The notes beneath the pieces are model-generated. The model saw nothing but the letters and a program-made list of their open reading frames with translations. It was not told where the DNA came from and ran no database searches. Of a stretch of 64,000 nt of DNA, positions 1-12,786 are shown piece by piece. Source of the DNA: an uncultured Alphaproteobacteria bacterium (GTDB lineage: Bacteria > Pseudomonadota > Alphaproteobacteria > Geminicoccales > Geminicoccaceae); assembly GCA_963720725.1 (NCBI GenBank), contig CAVRGN010000006.1, positions 432 to 64,431 on the forward strand, written 5' to 3'. The translations under genes and the position numbers were made by a program. Each line of letters begins with the position of its first letter. Position 1 is the stretch's first letter.

Positions 1-1307
1 CTTTTCCGCCAACAAACGATGACTTTACCTTCTACCGCGGCTTTAGTCAAACTCCACAAATTCTGATAATCTGTCCAGCTGCCGCCATGGGTCTCAATGA
101 TCCGTCGAAGTGGTTGTTCGCTTCTCAATGCATCAAAATCCAGTATAGTAGCTACTGGCACCTTAAGCCCAGTCAATGCTGCAACCAATACGGGAACTCG
201 ATCTTTGCCACCGGAGTATGTAAACTGGGTGTCAATACGACTGTCTGGCGTGACCGAGGCTGTAATCAGTGCTTCGTAGAACCGGCAGTCCGCATCGGCC
301 TCCGTAATAACAACGGCTTCATGGAAAAGACCCGCAAGGACATTGCTATATCGCAAATCGGATTGTCCCAGAGCCTCGCAACGGTTTCACTAGATATAAA
401 ATTTGCCGAGATTCGTTGCTTGCTCTACTAAGTCGAATCACGGAGACTCTTGAAGAGTGGGATTGCAATAGGCCCTGCAATACATCAGTGCTGTGTGTAG
501 CTATAAATACTTGTCCACGACTTTCTGTTGCAATGATTTGAGATATGAGCCTCGCCTGTGGCGGATGTAGAAAAGCTTCGGGTTCATCAATAAGTTGAAC
601 AGGGCGGTTCTCTGTTTGAACTCTACCGACGAGCGAAACAAATGCTTTCATTCCATCCCCCTGCAACTCAAGTCGCTGAAGACGCTCCAATCGATCCAAA
701 TAGGTTCGAGAAATTCTGTCCTCACCAGGTGCAAGAGGGGGGCGCGTGCCAACATACGCTGGGATCTTGTCCCCGGCTGTGCGGTGAATAATAAGGTCCA
801 GTTTAAATGCACGGCGGAACTGCTCGGAGATCGTCTTCTCCAGATGATCATCTTGATACATGTAATGAAATGGATGCTGAGCAGCAAAAATTGTAGCGCT
901 GAAACTACTTGCAGGATCGGCATCTGAGAGTCGAAGCCGGGTCGTGAGTTCAGACACAATATATTTCGATAGAAGAGGGCCAATAGTGTATTCTTCAGAT
1001 TGCCACCACGTTAGAAGATTTCCCTCGTAGAAATGGAATTGCGGAAGAATATGGTCCATTGCCCATTCGAGCTTTAGCAAAGAGAGCTTTTACTTGCTCC
1101 AGGGTGGATGTGCGAGCCAATGTCAGATGTTGTACGACTGTCATAATGAATTTCACCAGAAAGCATCCCGACAATATCCGAAAGGGTCGTGCTCTTTCCA
1201 GAGTTATTTGGTCCTACTATGACTAGTATACTGTCTGAGAGAAGCGAAAGGGTTGCCCCATTGGAGAATGTTATTGAGCTGATGTGCGCTGAGAGCCCAG
1301 AGGTCAT
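1..1307 (-). pseudogene. OLD-family-like ATP-dependent nuclease (ABC ATPase + TOPRIM), frameshifted, runs off window start
   Basis: Walker A IVGPNNSGKST in 1074-1307; Walker B LIDEPEAFLHP and ATHS in 346-1080. Manual translation from 353 downward gives RYSNVLAGLFHEAVVITEADADCRFYEAL...ILDFD (TOPRIM Glu and DxD), open to the window edge. Frame breaks near 1075-1110, 406 and 356. AT-richer than flanks. Confidence 0.8.
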
Positions 1308-1372
1308 GCATGGATCCGTGCTGATTATCTGTGGATACTCGGTCGATTATCTGTGTCCCGCAGCATCTATCT

Positions 1373-1660
1373 TTATGCCAGCTCCAGCCTCAACTTTCGC
1401 CCCACGGCCGCGGCCGCGCGCTGCAAGGTGTCCAGCGTCACCGAGGGATTGGCGGGGTCGAGCAGCCGGTCGAGTTGCGGGCGGCTGGTGCGCATGGCCT
1501 TGGCCATGGCAGACTTGGTCAGGCCGCGCTCCTGCATGGCGTGCTCGATCTGCCGCGCGAGCACCCGCTTGCTGGCGGTCGCGGTGCACGCCTCCAGGAT
1601 TCCTTCCTCGTCGAGGAAGCTCTCGAAGGAGGAGCCGATATGTGGATTGGCTTGGGTCAT
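1373..1660 (-). CDS. XRE/Cro-type HTH protein (HigA-like antitoxin/regulator)
   Basis: MTQANPHIGSSFESFLDEEG...TKSAMAKAMRTSRPQLDRLLDP...VTLDTL; ATG at 1660 preferred over the track start 1705. Confidence 0.8.
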   Translation of the reverse strand: MTQANPHIGSSFESFLDEEGILEACTATASKRVLARQIEHAMQERGLTKSAMAKAMRTSRPQLDRLLDPANPSVTLDTLQRAAAAVGRKLRLELA

Positions 1661-1701
1661 GTCCGAAGGTTTGTAGCGGTCGTGGGCAGCCGGTGCCAGC
1701 T

Positions 1702-1947
1702 TCACCCGTGCCGTCGCGCGTAGGCGTCGACGAGCGCCCGGATCATGCGCTGGTAGGGAACGCCGTGACGCGTGGCCTCGCCGCGGAAGAAGTCGACGCT
1801 GGCCCGGCTCAGCGCCAGGGTGACCTTCACCGTGTCCTCGCGGCGGACGAGTCGGTCCGGCGGCGGCAGGAAGTCGGGAAGGGGCCGTTCGGCGATCCCG
1901 TCCATCTCGCCCAGATCGTCCCGGTAGTCAGCCTCGGTGTCGGTCAT
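1702..1947 (-). CDS. CopG/ribbon-helix-helix antitoxin (BrnA-like)
   Basis: VKVTLALSRASVDFFR...GVPYQRMIRALVDAY; overlaps the upstream toxin; ATG at 1947. Confidence 0.75.
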   Translation of the reverse strand: MTDTEADYRDDLGEMDGIAERPLPDFLPPPDRLVRREDTVKVTLALSRASVDFFRGEATRHGVPYQRMIRALVDAYARRHG

Positions 1948-2206
1948 AGATCTTCCTGCCCATTCGCCAGTAGCCCGCGCCGAACACGCGGACACGCCCT
2001 TCGCGCCATGTGAACCGGACGGTCAGCACCCGACCACCGACCATGCCGAGGCAGAAGTAGCGCTGCTCGATCCCGCCATGGGCAAGGTCGGCGAAGATCA
2101 GGCGGTGCGGGTCGAAGAACGCATCCTGCGCCTCGGCGAAGCCGACGCCGTGCTTCGCCTGGTTGGCGACATCCTTGGCCAAGTCCCATTCGAAGCTGGC
2201 CGTCAC
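1928..2206 (-). CDS. brnT: BrnT family ribonuclease toxin
   Basis: FEWDLAKDVANQAKHGVGF...RYFCLG...VLTVRFTWRE. Confidence 0.85.
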   Translation of the reverse strand: MTASFEWDLAKDVANQAKHGVGFAEAQDAFFDPHRLIFADLAHGGIEQRYFCLGMVGGRVLTVRFTWREGRVRVFGAGYWRMGRKIYDRHRG

Positions 2207-2277
2207 GGAACTCCATCCATATAAACCACCATATGACTGTATGGAAGCCTACTGTTGCTGCGGAAGGCGATGGGTGG

Positions 2278-3159
2278 TCAATCTTTGCGCAGCGCGATTG
2301 TCCAAGCGAGGGTTATCAACCATAGAGTGATAAAACCATAGGCCCACTGCGCGCGCACCCCGCGCGGCACCCGCTCGTACCAGCGCGCCAGCACCCACCC
2401 GACCGCGAGCCCCACCGCGAACCCCGCCACGTGGGCGCCGACGTCGGTGCGCTCGCCGCCGAAGCCGAGATAGGCGAGCAGCAGGACGCCGGCCCCGAGC
2501 GGCGCCAGCCGGCGCAGGCGCAGGTCGCGTTGCAGCCAGCGGCGCTGGCGGGTGAAGGCGGAGACGATGCCCAGGGCGGCGAAGACGGCGGTCGAGGCGC
2601 CGATGGCGGTGTGGTCGGGGGCGCGCAAGAGCGCGGCGAGGAGGTTGCCGAGGGTGCCGGCCAGCAGGATGGCGAGCCAGGCGAGGCCGGGGCCGAGGAG
2701 CTGGGCGGCGAGCGTGCCGATGGCCATGCCGGCCAGGAGGTTGCCGATCAGGTGGCCGTGGTCGAGGTGGAGGGTCAGGGCGGTGACGGCACGCCACCAC
2801 TCGCCGGCGCGCATCAGGCCGGCCTGGACCGCACCGGCCTCGAGCCAGTCGATGCCCCACAGGTCGCGGCGGGCGGCACCGTAGAAGAACAGGAGGAGGA
2901 GCGCGTAGGCCAGCGCCGCGGGCCAGCCCTGGTGGATGGCGGCGGCCGGGCGCACGGCGCGGCGGCGGGGGGCGTTCTCGTGCTCGTAGGCGGCGAGCTC
3001 GTGGCGCGCGTCGGCGGCGTCCGCGGCGGCGACGAACAGGCCGACGCCCAGCGGCATGGGCACCTGGCGGCTGGCGATGCCCATGGCGGCCAGGACCAGG
3101 GCCAGCTGGTCGGCCTCGCGCCGGCCGGCGCAGCGGCGGATCTCGACATAGTCCAGCAT
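2278..3159 (-). CDS. Rhomboid intramembrane serine protease with soluble N-terminal domain
   Basis: WWR, HLIGN, catalytic GAS and AHVAGF motifs; multiple hydrophobic helices. Confidence 0.9.
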   Translation of the reverse strand: MLDYVEIRRCAGRREADQLALVLAAMGIASRQVPMPLGVGLFVAAADAADARHELAAYEHENAPRRRAVRPAAAIHQGWPAALAYALLLLFFYGAARRDLWGIDWLEAGAVQAGLMRAGEWWRAVTALTLHLDHGHLIGNLLAGMAIGTLAAQLLGPGLAWLAILLAGTLGNLLAALLRAPDHTAIGASTAVFAALGIVSAFTRQRRWLQRDLRLRRLAPLGAGVLLLAYLGFGGERTDVGAHVAGFAVGLAVGWVLARWYERVPRGVRAQWAYGFITLWLITLAWTIALRKD

Positions 3160-3184
3160 GGCCGCGGCGCCGGCCGCCGGTGGC

Positions 3185-6751
<3,567 letters not shown>

Positions 6752-6755
<4 letters not shown>

Positions 6756-7870
6756 ACCCGCATGGGCATGAGCACGTAGAGCGTGCTCGCGTCGCCCGGG
6801 TCGCGTACCACGGTCGGTGCCGCCGCGCTCGCCATCTCGAAGCGGACCGTGTCGCCGTCGATACCTTGCAGCATGTCGATGATATAGCGAGCGTTGAAGC
6901 CGATTTCGAGGGAATCGCCGCCGTAATCGGCCTCGACCTCCTCGACCGCGCGTCCGGTCTCCGCACTCACCGCGCTGATCGTCAGCGTGCCCTCGCCGAA
7001 GCTCAGCTTCACGGCCTTGGCCTTCTCGGTCGAGATCGTGGCGACGCGGTCGACGGCGTCGCCGAACTCCTTGCGCGCCAGCACCGCCAGCTTGTCGTTG
7101 CCGGAGGGGATCACCCGCTCATAGTCCGGGAAAGTGCCGTCGATCAGGCGCGAAACCAGGACCGCGCGCTCGAGCGCGAACTGGATCCGGGTCGGCGAGA
7201 CGCCGACCTGGACCTCGGCGCCGACCCCTTCGATCAGGCGGCGCACCTCGGCCACGGTCTTGCGTGGAACGATGATGGGCGGGATCTCGGCGGCACCCTC
7301 CGGCAGCGGCACCTCGACCCGGGCCAGCCGGTGGCCGTCGGTGGCGACGCCGCGCAGCATGGCGGTGGCGCCGCTCTTGGTGGCGTGGATGTGGATGCCG
7401 TTGAGATAGTAGCGCGTCTCCTCGGTGGAGATCGCGAAGCGGGTCTTGTCGATCAGCCGCGTGAGGTCGGCGGCGGAGATGGTGAAGCGGACGCCGAGCT
7501 GCTCCTCGCCGATGGCCGGGAACTCGTCGGCGGGCAGGGTGGGGAGGCTGAACACCGAGCGGGCCGCGCGCACGGTGACCTCGCCGCCGCCCTCGGCCTG
7601 CTCGATCCCGACCTCGCTGCCGTCGGGCAGCTTGCGGACGATGTCGAACAGCGTGTGGGCCGCCAGGGTGGTGGTGCCCCGGCGTTGGACCTGCGCCGGC
7701 TCGTGGGCCACCAGCGACAGGTCCATGTCGGTGGCGGTCAGGCCCAGCCGGTCGGCCTCGGCGACGAGCTTGACGTTGGACAGGATCGGGATCGTGGTCC
7801 GCCGCTCGACCACGTTCTGGACATGGGCCAGCGACCGCAACAAGGCCGCGCGCTCGATGCTTAGCTTCAT
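6752..7870 (-). CDS. dnaN: DNA polymerase III beta clamp
   Basis: MKLSIER...TTIPILSNV, ATDGHRL, LIDGTFPDYERVIP, C-terminal VLMPMRV; ATG at 7870. Confidence 0.98.
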
Positions 7871-7983
7871 GGGCGGGTTCGATCCGTGAACGAAATCCGA
7901 CGCATTCTCATCCCCGGCCAAGCGGGGACGCGCACGCTAGCAAAATTGCGCCTGAGGCGACAGTTTTCGTACGGTCCCGCGGC

Positions 7984-9381
7984 CTATGCCTGCAGCTTGC
8001 GGCGCAGGGAGCCGAGATCGTCGGCGATGGCACGGTCCTCGGCGCTCAGCTTCTCGATCTGGCGCACCGCGTGCATGACCGTGGTATGATCGCGGCCGCC
8101 GAACTTCTTGCCGATCTCCGGCAGCGAGCGCGGCGTCAGCTGCTTGGCGAGGTACATCGCCATCTGCCGCGGCCGCGCCACCGCCCGGCTGCGGCGGGCC
8201 GAGGTCATGTCCGCCATGCGGATGCCGTAATGCTCGACCACGGCCTTTTGGATCTCCTCGATCGTCACCCGCCGATCGTTGGCGCGCAACAGGTCGCGCA
8301 GCACGTCCTGCGCCATGTCGATGGTGATCGTCTTCTGGATCAGGCTGGCCTGGTGGACGATGCGGTTCATGGCACCCTCCAGCTCGCGCACATTGCTGGT
8401 GATGCGGCTGGCCAGGAACTCGGTCACGCGCTCGGGGATGTCGACCTTCAGCTGCTCGGCCTTGGCCTGCAGGATGCCCAGGCGCAGCTCGTAGGTGGTG
8501 GGATGGATGTCGGCGACCAGACCCCAGCCCAGGCGCGAGCGGATCCGCTCCTCCAGCCCCGACAGGTCCGAGGGGCTGCGGTCGGCCGAGATCACGATCT
8601 GCCGGCCGCGGTCCACCAGCGTGTTGAAGGTGTGGAAGAACTCTTCCTGGGTGCTGTCCTTGCCGCTGATGAACTGCACGTCGTCGACCATGAGCAGGTC
8701 GACCGAGCGGAACAGCTCCTTGAAGGTCATGGTGTCCTTCGAGCGCAAGGCGCGCACGAACTGGTACATGAACTTCTCGGCGGAGAGGTAGACCACCCGC
8801 CGGTTGGGATCGAGCTGCTTCACCCGGTGCGCGATGGCGTGCATCAGGTGGGTCTTGCCGAGACCGACGCCGCCATAGAGGAACAGCGGGTTGAACGGTG
8901 GCTTGGGCGACGACGCCACGCGCTCGGCCGCAGCGACCGCGAACTCGTTGGGCTTGCCGACGACGAAGGTGTCGAAGGTGAAACGCGGGTCCAGCCGGGC
9001 GCCGAGATCCTCGAGTGCCGCCACCTCGTTGGTGGGTATCACCTGTTCCGCGTCCAGCGGCCGAGCGCTCGTTGCCGGCGCGGACTGTCGGTCGGCAGTG
9101 GAAGTCAGTGCGGCACTCGCCGGCCGCACATTGAGGGCAATCGTGCGGATGCTGGGATTGATCGACGTCCAGAGGCCCCGGATGCGATCCGCGTAGTGCG
9201 CGACCACCCAGTCGCGCATGAACTGGGTCGGCACGGCGATCACGACCCTGTCGCCGTCGACCTGGGCCAGATCGAGGGGCTTCAGCCAAGTGGAATAGGC
9301 GGTGTCGCCAACCTCGGCCCGCAACAGACCTCGCACTTGGGTCCATTGATGCTCGATATCGGACGCTTGCGGAAGGACCAT
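7984..9381 (-). CDS. dnaA: Chromosomal replication initiator DnaA
   Basis: FTFDTFVVG, PLFLYGGVGLGKTHL, DLLMVDD, ELEGA, RQMAMYL, GRDHTTVMHA; start ATG 9381 or GTG 9387. Confidence 0.99.
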   Translation of the reverse strand: MVLPQASDIEHQWTQVRGLLRAEVGDTAYSTWLKPLDLAQVDGDRVVIAVPTQFMRDWVVAHYADRIRGLWTSINPSIRTIALNVRPASAALTSTADRQSAPATSARPLDAEQVIPTNEVAALEDLGARLDPRFTFDTFVVGKPNEFAVAAAERVASSPKPPFNPLFLYGGVGLGKTHLMHAIAHRVKQLDPNRRVVYLSAEKFMYQFVRALRSKDTMTFKELFRSVDLLMVDDVQFISGKDSTQEEFFHTFNTLVDRGRQIVISADRSPSDLSGLEERIRSRLGWGLVADIHPTTYELRLGILQAKAEQLKVDIPERVTEFLASRITSNVRELEGAMNRIVHQASLIQKTITIDMAQDVLRDLLRANDRRVTIEEIQKAVVEHYGIRMADMTSARRSRAVARPRQMAMYLAKQLTPRSLPEIGKKFGGRDHTTVMHAVRQIEKLSAEDRAIADDLGSLRRKLQA

Positions 9382-9856
9382 ACGCACCTAAGACCCTGCC
9401 TTCCAGCTGTGAGTGGCTCGTGGAGCGCTCGCATGGACGCGGCGCGAAACCCTTAATCCTACGCCGGACGGCGGAGTTCCGGGCTACCTTGCACGACCAC
9501 TTCTCCGTGTTCCCCTCGCACCGTTGTGCGCTCCTTTTTCAACTCAAAGACGACCGGCTGGCGCTATCGTCGAACTTGTCAAAGCGTGAGGTTTTACTCG
9601 CGCTTGACTTTTGCACTTCAATTGCCGGTCGATCGAGAACTGACCGGCGAGAGTGCCGGTGTGTCGTTGGAGACTAGATGGCACCCCGGAGGCTGGCAAG
9701 AGGATCGAAGGGTGAACGACGAATTTTGCGCAATGGTTGAGAACAATGCGCCGTCCCAGCCACGCTCGGCGGGACCCAGACACCAAAAGCGCCGGCCGCG
9801 ATTGCGACCGACGCGATAAACAGCAAACCGTAATTTAGGTTCCCGACCCGGACGGG

Positions 9857-10138
9857 TCAGGCGGACGCGGCCGTCGGGGCCATCGCCTTCACCCGCCGCG
9901 ACAGGCGCGAAATCTTGCGCGAGGCGGTATTGATGTGCAGGACGCCCTTGGAGATGCCGCGGCGCAGTTCCGGTTCGGCCTCGCGGAAGGCCGCCTGCGC
10001 CAGCGACGGATCGCCCTTGGCCAATGCGTCCTCGACCTTGCGGACGAACGTCTTGATCCGGCTCATCCGGCTGCGGTTCACCGCCGTACGCTTCTCCGTC
10101 TGGCGAATCCGCTTTTTCGCGGAACGATGATGCGCCAC
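9857..10138 (-). CDS. rpsT: 30S ribosomal protein S20
   Basis: [13 protein letters not shown]...[16 protein letters not shown]. Confidence 0.97.
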   Translation of the reverse strand: MAHHRSAKKRIRQTEKRTAVNRSRMSRIKTFVRKVEDALAKGDPSLAQAAFREAEPELRRGISKGVLHINTASRKISRLSRRVKAMAPTAASA

Positions 10139-10168
10139 TACGACCTCTCATGGAATGTGCGAGCGCGC

Positions 10169-10197
10169 CCTATAGCGGCGCGGACCGGCTTCGTCAA
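10169..10197 (-). promoter_or_regulatory. sigma70-type promoter for rpsT
   Basis: Minus strand TTGACG-N17-TATAGG about 30 nt upstream of the rpsT start. Confidence 0.7.
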
Positions 10198-10208
10198 CGC
10201 GAACCGGC

Positions 10209-10988
10209 TCAACGGTGGGTGAAGTGCGGCTCGCGCTTCTCGACGAAGGCACTCATGCCCTCGCGACGGTCGTCGGTGGCGAAGGTGGCGTAGAACAATC
10301 GCCGCTCGGCCTTGATGCCCTCGGCCAGCGTGGTCTCGTAGGCCACGTTCACGGCGTCCTTGGCCATGGCCACGACCACCCGGGACTTGGCGGCGATCGC
10401 CTCGCCGGTCTTCAGCGCCTCGGCCAGCAGATCGGCCACGGGCACAATCCTGGCCACCAGTCCGGAACGCTCGGCCTCGCCGGCATCCATCATGCGCCCG
10501 GTCAGCACCAGGTCCATGGCCTTGGCCTTGCCGATCGCCCTGGTCAACCGCTGCGTGCCACCGGCGCCGGGAATGGTGCCAAGGTTGATCTCGGGCTGGC
10601 CGAACTTCGCATTGTCCGCGGCGAGGATCAGGTCGCACATCATGGCGAGCTCGCACCCGCCGCCGAGGGCGTAGCCCGCGACGGCTGCGATCACCGGCTT
10701 GCGATGGGCGGCGATGCGCTGCCACGGCGCGATGAAGTCCGAGCCGTTGGCGGACGCGAAGTCGCGGTCCAACATCTGCTTGATGTCGGCCCCGGCGGCG
10801 AACGCCTTCTCCGAGCCGGTGATCACGACCGCCCCCACCGCATCGTCCCGGTCGAACGCGTCCAGGGCCGCGTCGACCTCGGCGATCAGCTGGTCGTTCA
10901 ACGCATTCAGCGCCTTGGGGCGGTTGAGGGTGATCAGGCCGACCTTGCCGCGCCGCTCCACCAGAACCGTCTCGTAAGCCATGGCCAT
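10209..10988 (-). CDS. Enoyl-CoA hydratase (crotonase family)
   Basis: [36 protein letters not shown]. Confidence 0.93.
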   Translation of the reverse strand: MAMAYETVLVERRGKVGLITLNRPKALNALNDQLIAEVDAALDAFDRDDAVGAVVITGSEKAFAAGADIKQMLDRDFASANGSDFIAPWQRIAAHRKPVIAAVAGYALGGGCELAMMCDLILAADNAKFGQPEINLGTIPGAGGTQRLTRAIGKAKAMDLVLTGRMMDAGEAERSGLVARIVPVADLLAEALKTGEAIAAKSRVVVAMAKDAVNVAYETTLAEGIKAERRLFYATFATDDRREGMSAFVEKREPHFTHR

Positions 10989-11062
10989 CGTTCTCCATCC
11001 CAGCCTCGGCGCGGGTTAGACACCGGACCTTGCCCGGTCGTCCAGCGGCCAATCGCCGCCGC

Positions 11063-11878
11063 TCAGCGCTGGCAGATCGCGCAGAAGAAGGTGGCTCGGG
11101 CGCCGTGCACGGCGCGGCCGATCGGACCGCCACAGTTCAAGCAGGGCTCGCCGGCGCGGTCGTAGACCCGGAAATTGCGTTGGAAGTTGCCGAGCTCGCC
11201 GTTGGACTGGACATAGTCGCGCAAGGAGGAGCCGCCGGCCAGGATCGCCTCGCGCAGAACCCGGCGGATGCTGTGCGCGAGCCGCTGCGCTTCCGCCGGC
11301 GCGAGGCCTCCGGCCGCTCGCGAGGGGCCGAGGCGGGCCCGAAACAGGCTCTCGCTGGCGTAGATGTTGCCGACGCCCACCACCAGGCGCTGGTCCATCA
11401 GTGCGACCTTGAGGGCGGTGCGGCGGCCGGCCAGCGCCGCGCCGAGGCTGCGGCCGCCGAAGCCGGGATCGAGCGGCTCGAGGCCCAGATGGGCGAGCCA
11501 GCGATGCTCGTCCAGCCGCTCGGCCGGCCACAGGTCCACCATGCCGAAGCGGCGCGGATCGACGAAGCGGAGCAGGGTGCCGTCGTCGAAGGTGAAGGTC
11601 AGATGCTCGTGCGGGCCGCAGGGCTCGCCGTCGAACAGCAGCCGGCCGGACATGCCCAGATGCAGGAGCAGCACGGCACCGTCGTCCAGGAAGCACTCGA
11701 TATACTTGGCCCGGCGCGCGAAGCGCACCAGCGTCCGGCCCACGAGGCGCTGGCCCAGCCGCTCGGGCAGGGGGAACCGGATGTCGGCACGCCGCTGCAC
11801 CAGCCCCGCCACGCTGCGGCCGGCCAGCCGCGCCGCCAGGGCGCGCATGGTGGTCTCGACCTCGGGCAGCTCCGGCAT
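11063..11878 (-). CDS. mutM: Formamidopyrimidine-DNA glycosylase
   Basis: N-terminal MPELPEVE, HLGMSG, GVGNIYASE, C-terminal CxxC...CxxC zinc finger. Confidence 0.98.
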   Translation of the reverse strand: MPELPEVETTMRALAARLAGRSVAGLVQRRADIRFPLPERLGQRLVGRTLVRFARRAKYIECFLDDGAVLLLHLGMSGRLLFDGEPCGPHEHLTFTFDDGTLLRFVDPRRFGMVDLWPAERLDEHRWLAHLGLEPLDPGFGGRSLGAALAGRRTALKVALMDQRLVVGVGNIYASESLFRARLGPSRAAGGLAPAEAQRLAHSIRRVLREAILAGGSSLRDYVQSNGELGNFQRNFRVYDRAGEPCLNCGGPIGRAVHGARATFFCAICQR

Positions 11879-11969
11879 CTTGACGCTTCCCGCCGACCGC
11901 GCGGTTGCCGGGCTTCGCCCGGCGGCCTAGAAGGCCTGACCCGCAGCCCAGATGAGCGCCGCTTTCTGC

Positions 11970-12761
11970 ATGAGCGATGAACGTCCCGCAAGCCCGCTCG
12001 ATCCCGGTGAGGCCGCCGACCGCCTCGCCCGTTCGTTCGGTTTCGCCGAGGTGACCCCGGACGAGAAGGCCGATCGGGTCCGCGACGTGTTCCGACGGGT
12101 GGCTCAGCGCTACGACCTGATGAACGATCTGATGAGCGGCGGCATCCATCGGCTGTGGAAGGAGGCGCTGCTGGATTGGCTGGCGCCGCGCCCGGGCATG
12201 CATCTGCTCGACCTCGCCGGCGGCACCGGCGACGTCGCCATGCGCTTTCTGGAACGGATCGACGGACGGGCGCGGGTGACGCTCGCCGACATCAACGACG
12301 CGATGCTGGGCGTCGGCCGCGACCGGGCGCTCGACGCGGGCTGGCTGGTCGAGATCGACTGGCTCGCCGCCGACGCCATGGCGCTGCCGTTTCCCGACCG
12401 CAGCTTCGACGCGGTCACCATCGCCTTCGGCATCCGCAACGTGACCCGGATCGAGCTGGCGCTGGCCGAGGCGCGGCGCGTGTTGCGGCCGGGCGGGCGG
12501 TTCCTGTGCCTGGAATTCTCCAAGGTCGTGCTGCCGAGCTTGGGGCAGCTCTACGACGCCTATTCCTTCAACGTGGTCCCCTTGCTCGGGCGCTTCGTGG
12601 CCAAGGACGAGGCGAGCTACCGCTATCTGGTCGAGAGCATCCGCAAGTTCCCCGATCAGCCGGCGTTCGCCAGCCTGATGAAGGCGGCCGGGCTCGAGCA
12701 GGTGCGCTATCGCAACCTGTCGGGCGGCATCGCGGCGATCCACTCCGGCTGGCGGCTGTGA
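11970..12761 (+). CDS. ubiE: Ubiquinone/menaquinone C-methyltransferase
   Basis: YDLMNDLMSGGIHRLWK, LDLAGGTGD, FGIRNV, YLVESIRKFP; start 11970 or 11952. Confidence 0.96.
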   Translation: MSDERPASPLDPGEAADRLARSFGFAEVTPDEKADRVRDVFRRVAQRYDLMNDLMSGGIHRLWKEALLDWLAPRPGMHLLDLAGGTGDVAMRFLERIDGRARVTLADINDAMLGVGRDRALDAGWLVEIDWLAADAMALPFPDRSFDAVTIAFGIRNVTRIELALAEARRVLRPGGRFLCLEFSKVVLPSLGQLYDAYSFNVVPLLGRFVAKDEASYRYLVESIRKFPDQPAFASLMKAAGLEQVRYRNLSGGIAAIHSGWRL

Positions 12762-12786
12762 GCCTCATCGGCCGCAAGCCGCGCTG

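Noticed and set aside
9388-9856. oriC in the rpsT-dnaA spacer
   Set aside because: No TTATCCACA-type box cluster or clear AT-rich unwinding element found by eye.
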